Shown here: piece after piece, positions 15,261-28,789 of the stretch
Position numbering within the stretch: position 1 is the stretch's first letter
How the letters are laid out: every line of letters starts with the position of its first letter
Assembly: GCF_009914755.1 (NCBI RefSeq)
Contig: NC_060926.1
Length of the DNA: 64,000 nt
Source of the DNA: the human T2T-CHM13v2.0 reference genome, Homo sapiens
Direction: 5' to 3' (one strand)
Translations under genes and position numbers: made by a program
Notes under the pieces: model-generated
The model's input: only the letters and a program-made list of their open reading frames with translations
Databases searched by the model: none
What the model was told of the DNA's origin: nothing

Positions 15261-18200
15261 TTTTCTCTTTTATGCTTTTTCCCTTCCCCTGAGTAAATCC
15301 CAACTAGTTACTTCCATGCATTTCTTTTTGTTTTATTTTTCTGCTCCCTGTGGTTGGAGATCGCGCTCCACAATGAATTCTGGGCACACCCACCACAATT
15401 GGGAAATGGTAAACACAGCCGCTCACAGCACTGGACCTGCGCTTTCATGTGTGTCACTGCCAAGAACACCTCAAACTTTGAAACTTTATTTAGGTGTCCT
15501 CAGACAATTCCTTCCTCATCTGAATATTATTCACTAATTGGTATTTTCTAACAATTGTGGGATATTATCAAGAGCTCATCTTTCTAACAAAGTTATCTTT
15601 AATAGGCAAATACTGAGATATATGTAATTTCCATGGAAAAGCAAAACAAAACAAAAACAGAAACCGCCTGAAGCTTCCCTCAGTCCCTCCGATTTTCAAA
15701 GGCTATCAGCAGAGAGCTCTAGGTGCTGCTTATTCCTGCAGGGCAGGAAGCAGTTTAGTGTTTTGTCGAAAGGCCTTTTAGCTCCATGTTCTTAGGTCAA
15801 GACTATTTCTCTGCACAAATTCACCTGAAAATGCGAAGGACTGCTCTCTGCATCCTTCCAGGTGGGGCCTGAGTGCCTTCAGATGCTGCAGGGAAGCCAG
15901 GGCCCCCAGGAAACTCTTAGGATGAAGCTGATGGGCAGGCCCCAGCCCCAGGGATGTCTTGCAATCAGGTCTCTCTGTGAACTGGGGTCATGTGTCTTTG
16001 TAAATCAGTCTAGTTACTCATTGTAGTAGGTATAGAGCAAGAGCAGAAAATCATACTTTAATTTCTGTGACTATAAATTAACAACTCTAAATTTTGTTAA
16101 TTTCTATTCAAAAATGCTAAAATTTCATGTAATAACAATTTGACCTTGCATTGAAACCCCAAAGTACCAAAAAATATTTCCAGGCATTAAATTTACTATC
16201 AGAATAGCTACCATCTTTTCATTGGCAAAACAGCACCAATTTTACTGGAAAAAAAAAAAACAGCCGGAGGGGCATTTCCAGAAGCTGGTGGATTGGCTGA
16301 AATTCACCCCCAGATTAATCACTGCTTTTCCTCACCCTCCCACACAGCTGGCATTTTCTTTGCCCTGTCCGACCCCAACACAAATGCCCTTAATTAACTC
16401 AATAGTTCAATAGAATTGCTATAACTCATTTTATTCTACTAGCTAAGAATTTCTCCTTTGTGGCATCTAGAAAATGGGTAAATAAACAAACAAACAAAAA
16501 CACCTAAACTTAACCAGAACACGTCCCTCAAACACAGCTTAGCACCTGTTGGTTTCTACTAATTTCTTTCTTCACTGTCATTTTTTACCAAAACAAACTG
16601 GAAAGTTCCTGGAAGGCAGACGCCCCCTCCAAATCCTGAACACAAGTCCCCAAATGTCCTGACTGCACATGGAGCCCTTGGGAGAATGTTACAAGTCCAC
16701 AGGCTCTTCTGTATGACTTGTGAAAGCCCTATGGATGGGTTGAAAGTGTCCACGCCCCTGAGGTGAGAAGAGTGCATCGTTCTTGTTTACCTGAGCGGGG
16801 AGCTCTGAACCCCATTCCCACCGCAGGAGCCACCCAGGTCAGCAGGGCTCACCCACACCAGGCTCAGAACACTCCCCTGGACGTCTTCACAGGACTGGGG
16901 CCTCAAGACCCCTGAGACCAGGAGTCACACACCCTCAGCTCAGTGTAGGTTTAATTTTTAAACAGCATGCTTTTAAGATGAGAGTGCCCAATAAAGCTGT
17001 TTTACTTTAGTAATTAGGGCTTTCTCCTAAAAGAATTTTGAAAACTGTTTGAAGTGCTTTCAAAGTCATCTTAATTTTAGCCTGTCTCAGAAATAGAGGC
17101 AATTTTCATAATTTTGTTTGTAAAAGTATAGACCTGTCATTCTTCTAGGCACCTTAAAGAAGTAATTTTCTTTAAAAGGTTGTGGGATCTTTTTTTCCTT
17201 CTATCATATCTCTTCAAAAAGTACTCAGTTTCAAAGAATAGATAAATATTTTATGTGTGCATTTAAAATCTCTATTTTTTAATGCTAGGACTGAGATATT
17301 TTGTTTTTATTGTTGATGGCATCTGCAGGGTGAATATGTAATATGTATTGATACATACATAGAGAAATGCACACAGATACACATGTATATGTACATGTAT
17401 ATGCATCTATTTGATTTTAACATCAGAGTATCTTTAGAGATCTAGCTTTTGGAAATACGATGTTTATATTCTTCAAATGATAACTGCAATTCAAGCAGAA
17501 ATCCATGGTATGCAGAAGAGAACAGGAGGCAACATGTTTTTACTCATTTTTCTATCCGCTAAAGACTGGCCTACCGTGTGCGGGGTTTCATATAATCTCT
17601 CAGCAACTAAGCCAACTAATGACAGAAAAAAACAAAGGGACAATGACTAAAACCCACTAGACAATAAGGATTAATTAAATTATACATATGGTTTTATAAT
17701 TAATTAACTACCAGCTCTAGTGCAGGCAAAATAATGACAGTGTAGGGGAAACTCAGAGAGACTGTAGCAATGTAACCCATGTCTAACTAAATAACCATGT
17801 TGTTTTTAAGCATTAATTTCATCAAAATTATCAAAAGCATCCACTTCTCATATATTCTTCCTCATAAGAAAAATACAGCAGACTCTGTCAATAAGCATCA
17901 AATCTAATTGGAATCACTAAAAAAAGTCAATGACAAAAAAAAAAAAATGAGCAGCTGGGGTTCAATTAGAAGTGACCTCGCCACGCTCTGTGACTCCAAG
18001 TGAAGCTGGAGCAAGTGCACAGCAGGCAATGGAGGGCCTGGTTCATGAAGAGAGGGCTCGAGGGTCACAGGAAATTGACAAGCGCTTTGATGTTATATGA
18101 TTAGGTCATGAAAGTGAGTGGAGGCTAAGGATGAAAGAATTCTAACTTCAGAGGAATTTAAAGGAGGAAGAATTAAGAGAGAAACAGGCTTCTGTGAAGC

Positions 18201-18590
18201 ATACTGAAATCTGAGAATATGTTTGGGTCATTGCTATTCAATCCACAGTCATATTTTTTACACCACTAAAGTGAAATCATTTTGTTAAAGTTTCTTTTTC
18301 CTGATGATAAAAGTCACATGGGTTTATTTTGTAATAGTTAGAAAGCATAGGAAAATACAAGATACCCTCCACCTGCACACCACTGTGCAGATGTAACCTG
18401 GGGTGAGCTCTTTCCCCTTCTGCCTGTATGTGCATGTGTGTAAATGTGTATGCATGTGTGCAAATGTGCGTGTGCAAGTGTGTGACTGTGTGTGTATTTA
18501 GGATTACAGTGCTTTGCTTTGTGTTTTATTTGCTTTCTTACAAAACATTATAGCTTGAATGTCTTCTGTAAGTAAATAAGTGAAGAGATA

Positions 18591-18660
18591 CTCTGTGACT
18601 ATGGCCAGTGAGGCTCAATTCTGTGACTATAGGAAGTGAGGCTCAATTCTGAGACTCAAT
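18591..18660. repeat. Short ~29-bp tandem repeat (about 2.4 copies)
   Basis: ctgtgactat..agtgaggctcaattctg repeated. Confidence 0.85.
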
Positions 18661-18786
18661 ATTGTCAAGATGCCAAATTTCTGGACATTTAACTGATGAG
18701 AATGAGTTTCATTTTTTGGAGTTTACTTGGCCTACCCGGGATGATAAGCACTTTCTATGCACTGTACCAGGGGATCGTCACGACAG

Positions 18787-18940
18787 CCCTGGGTTCTGGT
18801 GCCGCCTTGCAGGGGAGAAGGTGAAGGTGGAGCGGTAACCCGGGGTTCTGGTGCCGCCTTGCAGGGGAGAAGGTGAAGATGGAGGGGTAACCCTGGGATC
18901 TGGTGCTGCCTTGCAGGAGAGAAGGTGAAGATGGAGTGGT
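18787..18940. repeat. 52-bp minisatellite, 3 copies
   Basis: Unit ccctgggttctggtgccgccttgcaggggagaaggtgaag(g/a)tggag.ggtaa starting at 18787, 18839 and 18891. Confidence 0.96.
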
Positions 18941-20052
18941 TAGGGGCCATTTCGAACGCTGCAGTAAGTGCCAAATCCACAGTTTGAATCGAATTCCAGA
19001 AACTCCAGAGTTTGCCTTCCGAACCAATCTGAGAATTATGCTGGTCCTCACATGCAGTCCCACGCCTGTCTCATTGGTCTCAGGCTATGGCTTTGACCAT
19101 TTGGCCCCAGTGGTGACAGCACGGGTCACTCACTCACCTGTAGGAGGAACATGGACACAGCCATAGAGACCGCATCCCTGGGTTTTCCCAGAAGGACCTT
19201 GGGTATGCGGGACATGGCCCCCACAGGGCATGATCGGAATGTCCAGTACTGTCCAGTTCATTCACTCTGGAGTCCCTCCTTCCCTGGGCTGTTATAAAAC
19301 TAGAGTGAGTTCATGAGCACGAGGTTATGTTTGAAAACTCAATAGTCTTGCAAAAATCCGCGCTCTATTTACTGTGTAGAAACTTCGTTTGAGAACCATG
19401 TCTTCAAAAAACAAGGCTGTGGTCAATTTTCAGCTCCTTGGAAGCTGAATGGCATTTGTCAGGTCTGTCTTGCTTTAAGGCAAGTGACTCAGGGCTCCTG
19501 GGTGTTCTGAGGAATGTAACAGAGCCAGAGTCAGCTGCTGGCAAAGCTGGCAATGAGACAGGGGCTCCAGACGGACAAGCTTCAGAGACAGAAGAAGCCT
19601 GCAGCTCCCACACCTCGGACATCCTGCCAGGCCTGGACTCTGTCTCATTCCAGAGCCTTTAACTGTCCAGTCTTTGCCGGTCAGTGTATCTGACTCTTGT
19701 CCACGTGTGGGGGCCAATATTCTTCACCGTCTTGCTGCTGTGTGGTCAGGGTTTTCAGCAGGTGGTCCTCTAATGGGCTGGTTCCACCATGTGCCAAAGA
19801 CCCTGGAGCCATTTTCTAACACAGTGTAGCAGGTACCATGTTTGGGAGACTTGGTGCTTTCTACTCTGGGCCAGAAAGATAGAACTTGTTAAGAAGCATT
19901 GGAACATGCCTACCTTCGTGAATGTTTCACTGATTCTAGCCTTGATATTGACTTGGTCTTTTAAAAACTTGATTTGGAAAAAAAAAGTACCTACTCTTAG
20001 AAAATACTACAGGGTGCTTTTCTGCCCCACTACATCTCTAAATGTGGTTCAC

Positions 20053-20521
20053 TGCAGTGGTCACAGATGGCTGGCACTGCTTTTTCCTTGAGAGATGCTG
20101 TCTATGTCCCCTGCCCTTGAGCTCGGCCGGCTCCTGCGAAATTGTCACTGCTGAGTATTGGGGTTATTGACTGAAGGACATGCCGGGCTTGAGTTTGCAG
20201 GCTCAGCTCCTAAGAGATCATAGCTTCCTCTCCCACCTCTTGGAACACTTGCTTTTGGAAGCCACAAGGAGACCCATGGAAAAGACTGGGCCCTTCAAGC
20301 TAAACTGAGCTCTCAGGACAGCAGCCGGACCTGCATCTCCTGAGGGCCTCCATCCTGGCCCTGCACCCTCCAGCTCCAGTGACCAGGCCTGGCTTGCGAT
20401 GAGCCACCCCGGACAGAAGCTCTCTGGGTTTCAGATCTGCAGACAAAATAAATGATTGGACTTTTGTGAAGCCACTAAGTTTTGGCTAAGATTTGTGATA
20501 CAGCAGTACATAGTTGGAACA
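20053..20521 (+). mobile_element. Old MLT1 (G/H-like) MaLR LTR
   Basis: aataaa followed by aagccactaagttttgg...gatacagcagtacatagttggaaca, the typical MLT1 3' end. Confidence 0.7.
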
Positions 20522-20650
20522 TTAAGTGTTGGATGTTTTTCTAACAAAGGAATCGTATACACCAATATTTTATTTTACAATAATAAAATTTAAAATGTTA
20601 AGCTAATAAAATTAAGCTCAAAAGAAATATGATTACAGAGATATTTTACT

Positions 20651-20872
20651 TACATGTGTAATATATGCAATGTACACTCATGTGTGGACGCTTATGTGAA
20701 TGTGTGTACATGTGCATTCAATACACGTACATGGCTGTGCACATCTGTGCTGATATGTACATGTGCAAACATGTGCATTGCTGTGCATGTATGTGTATAC
20801 ATGAGTGTACATGTGTGTGCATGTGTGTACATGTGTACGTGCGTGCACGTATGAATGTGTGTGTGCATGTGG
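20651..20872. repeat. Degenerate purine-pyrimidine alternating (TG/TA/CA) low-complexity tract
   Basis: tgtgtacatgtgcatgtgtg repeated variants. Confidence 0.9.
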
Positions 20873-23800
20873 GTGCTGCATTAGTGTATTTGGAGCACGT
20901 GCTTGGTTTATGCTCAGTGTTCAATGAGGCCACCTCATTTCCTTCTGCAGGGTGTCCTACCTGGCTCTCTCTCAGTAAGATACTTACTCCTCTCCGCCCT
21001 GTACCTACCAAGGAGACTGAGGCAGAGGAAGGCAGTGAGTGGCTCAGCAGCTGAGAGGAAAGCCTGGGAGGAGCCCTGGGCCTCTCTGTGTCTCTACGGA
21101 GCGAGCTGCTGCTGCTGTTTCACTGCTCTGCACCCCGGTGCCCTCACCTATGCAACAGGATGCCACAGTCACCCTCGGTCAGGTGCTGGGAAAGCCAGAC
21201 CAGGTCAGAGACCTGCAGCCCCCATGCACTCATCGCCAATCCCCCGAGCTTCCAACACCAGAGCCACAGGACAGAAATGCTGGTATCAGGCTCTAAAATC
21301 TCTCCATAGGCTAACAGTTTTGCTGATGAAGACCAGCTGCCACCTCTTCCACCAAGAGGGAAATGTCTGTTGAGTGGATGGAGTCCACCATGAGCAGGTC
21401 TGAAGCAGGAGGCGGCAGCGGGAGGCTGATTCTCACCATTGCTCACTGGACTCAATTATCTGCTTCAGAATATGAATGATGTGCTTCCTACACAGAATGA
21501 AAACGCTGCATGCGATTGCATGACTTGTGAGTAAACATCACGAAACCAGAGTTTAGAAATGAAAAATGCTCCAGGCTGGGGTGGGGCTGTCGGAGGTCTG
21601 GGTTCAGCTGCTTTCTCTCAAGGGGATGCGTCACTGTCTGTGTCCCTGGAGCAGGCCACGGAGGAGAGGTCAGCACAGGCAACAGGACCATGGTGTTGGC
21701 CTTGGGGGAGGCGAGGAAGCTGGACTGAGCTCTCACCGGGGTTGGTCTGAGGCCCGGCACCTGTGGTTGGAGTGGGCCCTCGGGATGGCCAGTGAGTAGG
21801 TGGGCGACAATCAGACCCCACCAGGGGCAGGTTGACCAGGCCTCAGACAGTAGCATCACGGCCACGCCAGCTGAGAGGTGCAGGAGAGGAAAACTGAAGT
21901 TCCTTACTGGGAACTGAGGGCCCAAGGTGAGCCAGCAAGAGAAGCCAAAAGTAAGGTCGGTATTTCCTTAGCCAGGGTTTCAACCAGTTCAAGGGGAGAA
22001 TGTGCCACCATTTATCAGAGAGATGTGTTATCTGTAAAATGCACCACCAAGGATACAAGCAAGACAGGAACGTGGGTGGTCGCTGTGGGCAGCGTCTTGC
22101 AGAGCAGGGCACTGAGGATCAGGGAGGTTCAGAACCTTCCAGGGACCAAGGACCCTCCTTGCCCACAAGGGACACCAAGTCCTGGGATGTGGGACACCCA
22201 TCCAGGGTCCATGAGAGTCCACCATGAGGACGCATAGCCTTGCCATAGCCACAGAGGATCCAGTGGGCAGGAGGTTGGGTGTGGGGTAGGAAAAGCAGGC
22301 AAGGTCCAAGTTACAGAGAAAAAATACAATGAAAAACAATAGCAAGGTCCCAGGATCTGCGAAGGAAGACACAGACCTAAGGCAGCAGGACAGCAGGTCG
22401 GAGAGGCTTTTATTTTGTTTGGACCTGGAAAAAGATTGCCTTTGGTTTAAAAAGGCAAGTCAGATCCTAAAATAAGAATTAATGAGCCCTGGTCCTAGTA
22501 ATGATGGTTAGAAGAGCAAGGATGGGGAGTAAAGGAGATTGTTACAATCAAAAAGTTTTCTATTTCATGTACTTATTTTAAGGAGAGGAAATGAAAATAC
22601 GAACAGTGAACCTATTCAGATATCCAGGGTTACAGAGCTTTTTTTATTATAGTTTCCTAAATATTTCGGGCACTCTTCCTGCAACATTAGCTCAGCATCT
22701 ACTGAGAAATACAAGAACATCTGTGGTTTAACTAGAAGAAACTTCTAGTCTATTCAGAGCCTGAACCCCTGCGGCTTGCAGGTACCCACGCCTGCACCAC
22801 GTGATCCCCATCTGCTGGCCCCATCCCCGGGAACCACCACAGCAGGGGCCTTCTGGTTGCCTCACCTCCCACCCTCGCAGTTTGCCTTTGCGGGTTTAAC
22901 GACTCTCCCAACCAAATCCTGTGGGTGACGCAAAGCAGCCACAGCAGGCAATTCACAAATAATACATTGTAAACATTTAAATAATTTCTGTAAATTCCAA
23001 AGCTAGTTGATTCTCACAAAAAGATTTCATTGATTTCTGCTGAATTCTTTGATCCATAGCTAATCTAGGATTTAAATTTAATGATGATTTGATAAATGGA
23101 GTTGTATTCCAATCCATTAACTCTTTTCCCAATAAATTAAACTTAAATTTGACATGTGACAGACTGATAAATGGTTTCCCAGCCTCATATAAATTATATT
23201 AATGAAACCAAAGCCTCTTTTTACTTCAGAGTCACGTGTTCTGGAACTTCATTCACTGGTTACCTTTGCTGATTTTGGAAAATAGATTTCAAATACTGAA
23301 AACATATTTTGTGGCTCGATAGCCAGAAACCACAGAGGCCCCCAAGGCTGATTCACGCCTGGGACACTGTGCTGGCTTCCGCAAACCTGTCTTTTAGGAT
23401 GCACTTGGGGTAGCAGAGAAATTCATTATTTAGCTCTGTAAATCTTAGGCTTAAACACATTTTTTCTTCTTAATAGAGTCAACTCTAATGGATATTACTG
23501 AGTTATGAATCTATGGTACAAATTTCATGTGATATTGTGATTATTTAAGTTAAAATTGGGCATGAATTAACATTTACTCTTATAAGACCAAGTCCCTTAG
23601 ATAACTAGGGCTGAGTGACCACACTGTGCTTCCTTTCATTTTTAAAAAATAGTACCTCAGGGTCTCATGGACAGTTAGTAAATTCAAAAATTCGCATTCC
23701 CACCAGGATATTTGACATCATCTAACGCTACAAACTCTATCGACCTTTTCATAATTGCTTCCTGATGACTGCAGTGCTGTGATAATGAGCCTGGTTATGA

Positions 23801-24023
23801 TTTGCCACACGGCAGGGGTTTGTATTTAAGTGAAACGGTGAATCCACACCCAAGGACTCCCAGATGCCGTCCTGTTCAGACTCCCACAGAACCCGTCATG
23901 TCTCAGGGGTGGGAAGGGCAGAAGGAAGTACAGAAGCCAGAAGCATCGTGTGAAAGAACCTTCCACTAGACATGGGCGTGGTGACTGGCAGTTAATCCTG
24001 GTGAGATCACTAGTATTAGTGAG

Positions 24024-24397
24024 TGATACGGTTTGGCTGTGTCCCCACCCAAATCCCATCTTGAATTGTAGTTCCTATAGTCCCCATATGTCTTGGGATG
24101 GACCCAGTGGGAGGTAGTTTAATCAGGGGGGCGGTTACCCTCATGTTGTTCTCGTAATAATGAGTGAGTTCTCATGAGATCTGATAGTTTTACGTGGGAC
24201 TTTTCCCCCTTTGCTTGGCACTTCTCTCTCCTGCCACCATGTGAAGAAGGACGTGTTTGCTTCCCCTTCCACCATGACTGTAAGTTTCCTGACCCTCCTA
24301 AGCCATGCTGAACTGTGAGTCGATTAAACCTCTTTGCTTTATAAAGTACCCAATTTTGGGTATGTCTTTATTAGCAGCATGATAATACACTAATACA
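24024..24397 (+). mobile_element. THE1 (C/D-like) MaLR solo LTR
   Basis: tgatacggtttggctgtgtccccacccaaat ... attaaacctc ... ctaataca; TSD gtgag/gtgat. Confidence 0.95.
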
Positions 24398-24698
24398 GTG
24401 ATAATTACTTAAAGTAAGGACTTTTATGTGCTAGAGATTGATAGGAGAACTTTACAGTTGAATCCTTGTAACAATTTATGATTTTCATGATCTCATTTAT
24501 TTACCTTAACTTTGCATCACCCTTGTTTCATTATCACCAGGCAGGCTGACTTTCTTGGTCTTCTAGGGAAGAATTTCATGCATTTAATGACCACACCAAG
24601 ATAAATTACATTGACTATGAAACAGTAGAGAACACAAAGTATTAGAGATGTTATGAAAAGTTTTATTTTTGTCATATGGATACTAAAATTTGATTATA

Positions 24699-25006
24699 GG
24701 CCAGGTGAGGTGGCTCATACCTATAATCCTAGCACTTTTAGAGGCCTAGTAGGAGGATCGCTTGAGCCCAGGTGTTTAAGACCAGCCTGGGCAACAAAGC
24801 GAGACTGCATCTCTACAAAAAATATAAACAAATAAAATTACCCAGGCATGGTGGCATGTGCCTTTGGTCCCAGCTACTCAGGAGGCTGAGGGGGAGGATT
24901 CTTCGAGCCCAGAAGTTCAAGGCTGCAGTAAGCTAGCCAGCCAGCCTGGAAAATAGAGTGAGACCTTGTCTCGAAAAATAAGTAAGTAAGTAAATACACA
25001 AAGATA
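24699..25006 (+). mobile_element. AluJ with 15-bp TSD
   Basis: Alu dimer; TSD taaaatttgatt(a/g)ta at 24684-24698 and 25007-25021. Confidence 0.92.
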
Positions 25007-25526
25007 TAAAATTTGATTGTAAGGGAGGTTTTAGCTTGGATTTCAGGGAAAAAAGGGTTTTTCAAAGGCAAAGATAAAATATTTTAAGGATGAGTGAAGA
25101 GATGGAAGTGAGTGTTTATAAAGATGCCTTTTCTTTACATCCCGGCCCATGGCTTCCTGTGTGACTCAGAGTAACAGCAGAGGCCCCAGTGTGGTCTTCG
25201 TGGCCTCTGAGGCTCCCTTCCCACTCTGTGCCATGGCAACACCCCCATTTCTGTTCCTTGGGCACATTTCCTTCTCAGGCCCTCTCACTTGTCATTTCTT
25301 CTTCTGGGCACCATCTTTTCCTGAATCCATGCTGGCATCCTTTGAGGTTTCAACCCCAATAACATCTTTTGCATGAGATCTTCTCTGAGTACCTTTTATA
25401 AAATAACAAAGAGCACACTTTCTCCCCCACAATATCTAGAGCTCCAGTCTGGAACAGAGGGGCTCCACAGATATCAGATAGGCTAAAGTTGTGAAACTTC
25501 CAAAAACTCTTGGGATGATAATTATA

Positions 25527-26056
25527 CTGTTGACCCTTGAATAACTTGGGGCTTAGGGGTGCTGAGCCTTCACACAGTTGAAAATCCACATATAACTTTT
25601 TGTTTCCCCAAAATGTAACTATGAATAGCCTACTGTTGACCAAAGTCTTACTGACAACATAAAAAGCTGATGAAGACATATTTTCTATGTTCTATGCATT
25701 ATCTACTGTATTCTCCCAAAGAAGGAAGGTGGAGAAAAGAAAATGATATTCAGGAAACCATAAGGAAGAGAAAGTACATTCACCATTCATTAAGTGGAGG
25801 TAGACCATATAAAGGTCTTCATTCTTGTCTTCCTGTTGAGCAGGCTGAGGAGGAGGGGGGAGAAGAGGGGTCAATGTGGCTGTTTCAGAGGTGGTAGAGC
25901 AGGTAGAAACAGGTGTGTAAGGGACCTGCTCAGCATACATCTGTGCTGTGGGAGAGGAGAGGTCAGTATGGCTGATTCAGAGGTGGTGGAGCAGGTAGAA
26001 AACAGACATGTAAGGGACCTGCACAGTGTACATCTGTGCTGTGCACAGGCCAACTC
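25527..26056. mobile_element. Tigger2a/MER28-like Tc1-mariner MITE with internal ~91-bp duplication
   Basis: ta-ctgttgacccttgaataac terminus, gaaaatccacatataactttt and a degraded opposite terminus (aggccaactc). Confidence 0.8.
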
Positions 26057-26139
26057 CATTCATTCCCTGGAGAACTCAGCTAGCCCCCAAGGCTTCAGTC
26101 ACATGGTTTTCTAAGATCTAAGATTAAGGTTCAATATTA

Positions 26140-26585
26140 TGTGAGCTTTGGCATCAGGGGAAATCAAGAGGCCCCAAATGACCTTGCCACTGTCCCCTCC
26201 ACACTCTGCTCCCTTGGGTGAGACCCCATAGACAAATGCCCCCCTCCTCCCAGGGACCAGGCACCAGCTCCACCTGAGCAGAGAGCCTCATTCAGCTCCT
26301 GGCCGGCTGGCAAAACTGTTCAAGTCAGTCAATTCCATCATTCTTCAGGAGCCAGGCATTGCCTCCCCGTCTTGTTACTACCAAGCCTGCCTCCCGAGGC
26401 CCTGTCTCTTCACACGGCTCCCGAGGCACCCTCAGGTGGTCTGCAGTGCTCCTGCCCAGGGCTGTGATTAATAACCTGCTGTCTGTCCATCTGCCCAGAG
26501 CCCAGGGTCCTGTGTTCTGCCCTTCCCAGGACTCCAGGGCGGGACCCATTCTCATCCATGGGAAAAAGAGGTGGGGATTAAATAC
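26140..26585 (+). mobile_element. Probable old ERVL-type solo LTR (MER73/MER74-like)
   Basis: gtgattaataacctgctgtc...ccagggcgggaccc...gaggtggggattaaata resembles a recalled LTR 3' part; family uncertain. Confidence 0.4.
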
Positions 26586-26820
26586 CCTTTCCAAGAATGG
26601 ACTCCAAAGTCTATTTCTCATGCATCTCCTGCTGTGCCTATCTATTCAGGGTAGTGTCTTCTCAAATCCACACAGGGCAGCTTCTCCGTGTTGCTCTCTA
26701 ACATACCGAGGATGGAGCCCAGCTCAGCAGCTGACGCGACACAGACCCTCCATCAACAGTGCATGGGAAAGTTGACCAATGACCTCCTGAGAAGTCAAAG
26801 CAGCCCTACACAGGCTGCTC

Positions 26821-27035
26821 TGAGCATAACGCCCAGCCCGGCTCCACAGCCACACGGGCTCCTGGGTAGACAGGTGACCTGGTGTCAGAGTCACCAGTGA
26901 GGGTGAGTGCAGCCAGCCGTGCAAGTGAGCATAACGCCCAGCCCGGCTCCACAGCCACACGGGCTCCTGGGTGGACAGGTGACCCGGTGTCGGATTCACC
27001 AGTGAGGGTGAGTGCAGCCAGCCATGCAAGTGAGC
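26821..27035. repeat. 105-bp near-perfect tandem duplication
   Basis: tgagcataacgcccagcccgg starts at 26821 and 26926; third tgagc at 27031. Confidence 0.96.
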
Positions 27036-28789
27036 CCACCAGAGCTGCTTCGCTCGGGGTAGGCTGGGGAGATCACCTCTGAGGCCGCAGGGTCAGGGTG
27101 GCTTTTCTGGAGACCCAGACCATGAGCCAGCTCAGAGAGGTGCCTGCTGCTCAGCAACTGTCAGGCCTTCAGCATTTAAGGATCTTCACAACGTTGTCTT
27201 CCTTGTACACCTGGCATATTCCTAGTTATCCAATATTCATCTTTAAACTGAATTAATTTAACTATTTAATAGTCTCATATGAAATTATCCATGAAAATTG
27301 TGGGTCTGCTATTTAGATATTTAATTTAATGGTAGGTCAACACCAATTTGTTTCTGGAAGTCTGACTAGAAAACGAGATGGTGTGTGAAAGTTAAAGAGT
27401 GTCTGAGACGGAGGGTAAATTCTGGAATTTCACGTGTTAGGATGTATACACAGAATATATGGAAAATGGCAGGGAAAGAATCATTTGAAGAGAAACCGGC
27501 GAGAAATAGCACGTGAATTCGAGGACTCTGCATTTTATCCAAGGCCCTGAGACACGGCCACCAACAACAGGTGAGAAGCAGTTCATGGAACCCTAGAGCA
27601 TAAACCACCCCATTTCCCAAAGGACAGCAATGCCCTGGACCCGGCACTGAATTAAGAAGAAAAGCAGGAGGGAAGAAAGGCGTAAACGGGACACAGCAAG
27701 GAAATTCAGAGCGGGGGCCCAGGAGCTGGGTCTGGACAATGGAGGGTGACCACCCAGGACACCAGCTGGTGCTGTGGGACCGGGTGCTGCCTCAGGTTCC
27801 CACCGCAGTGTGGGCCGGCCAAGGCTCCGGGCAGCTAATTTATGCCATTTGACTTCATTAACCCGTGTGGGGGCAAATATCTCTAAAAGCTGAATGGACA
27901 CTTTAGGAGTGACATTCCCTAAAACCCCACTCTTTGTATATCACGGTCCTTAAGAGAAGAGGGGCTGATGGTGTGGGATCTGTGAGACCGTGGTCAGTCG
28001 CTGCATTTCAGGCCTCCAACGCTGCTTACTTTGATCTAAAATATAACCAGAAGAACCACAGGTTTTTAATTCCAGAAGAGGTTGAATTCCTGACTCTGTT
28101 ATTACCGTCTGTGATCCTGGGCAGAGTACATCTTCTGTTTGAGTTTTATCAGCCCAAAAAGGGCACCGTGTTACTTCAGAGATGGTGGTAAGAGCACTAA
28201 ATGAGTGAACGGTGTCAACGTCTGAGAAAGATGTGGCCCGTCCCAGGTCAACCACGCATGGTGATTAGAACTGTGTTAACCATCAGCTCAGGCCCTATGT
28301 GGAATTTCCTTCACTTATGAAAAAATGTAGAAAAAAATCATTTTCTTAAATGGTGAATGCATCTGAGTACCTTGGAGGAAACTGCTGAGGGAGCATCCAA
28401 GTGAAAATCCCCGGCTGCAGCACACACGTGCTCACACAGTCAGTGCACAAACAGGCAGCTTCTGTGCTCCCGCACTGTTGGGTTAAAGACAACAATGTCA
28501 TCCTCTTAATTAGACAAATGTGTGGCTTCCAAGGGCTTCTGTCCGAGGAGACTGTGTGCAGCCTTGGATGTTCCTGCTGCCTGTGCTCATTGTCACTCTG
28601 AGAGTTTCGTTGGGGTTTGTCCACACCACACTTGCATGAAAGGATGGGTCTTGGGGTGTCTGGCTCACCTCTTATCTCCAGCACTTTAGTTAATAATTGT
28701 CTTTTGAAGGAAGAAACACATGTGAAGAGGGCCAACTGCTGGTGGAGCGTGAGGCGTGTACCTGGTGTGAACACGGGCTCCCATGCCCA

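Noticed and set aside
20654-21054. Cys/Val/His-rich ORFs resembling metal-binding proteins
   Set aside because: Products of the TG/CA low-complexity tract; the same applies to 52249-52826 and 3994-4332.
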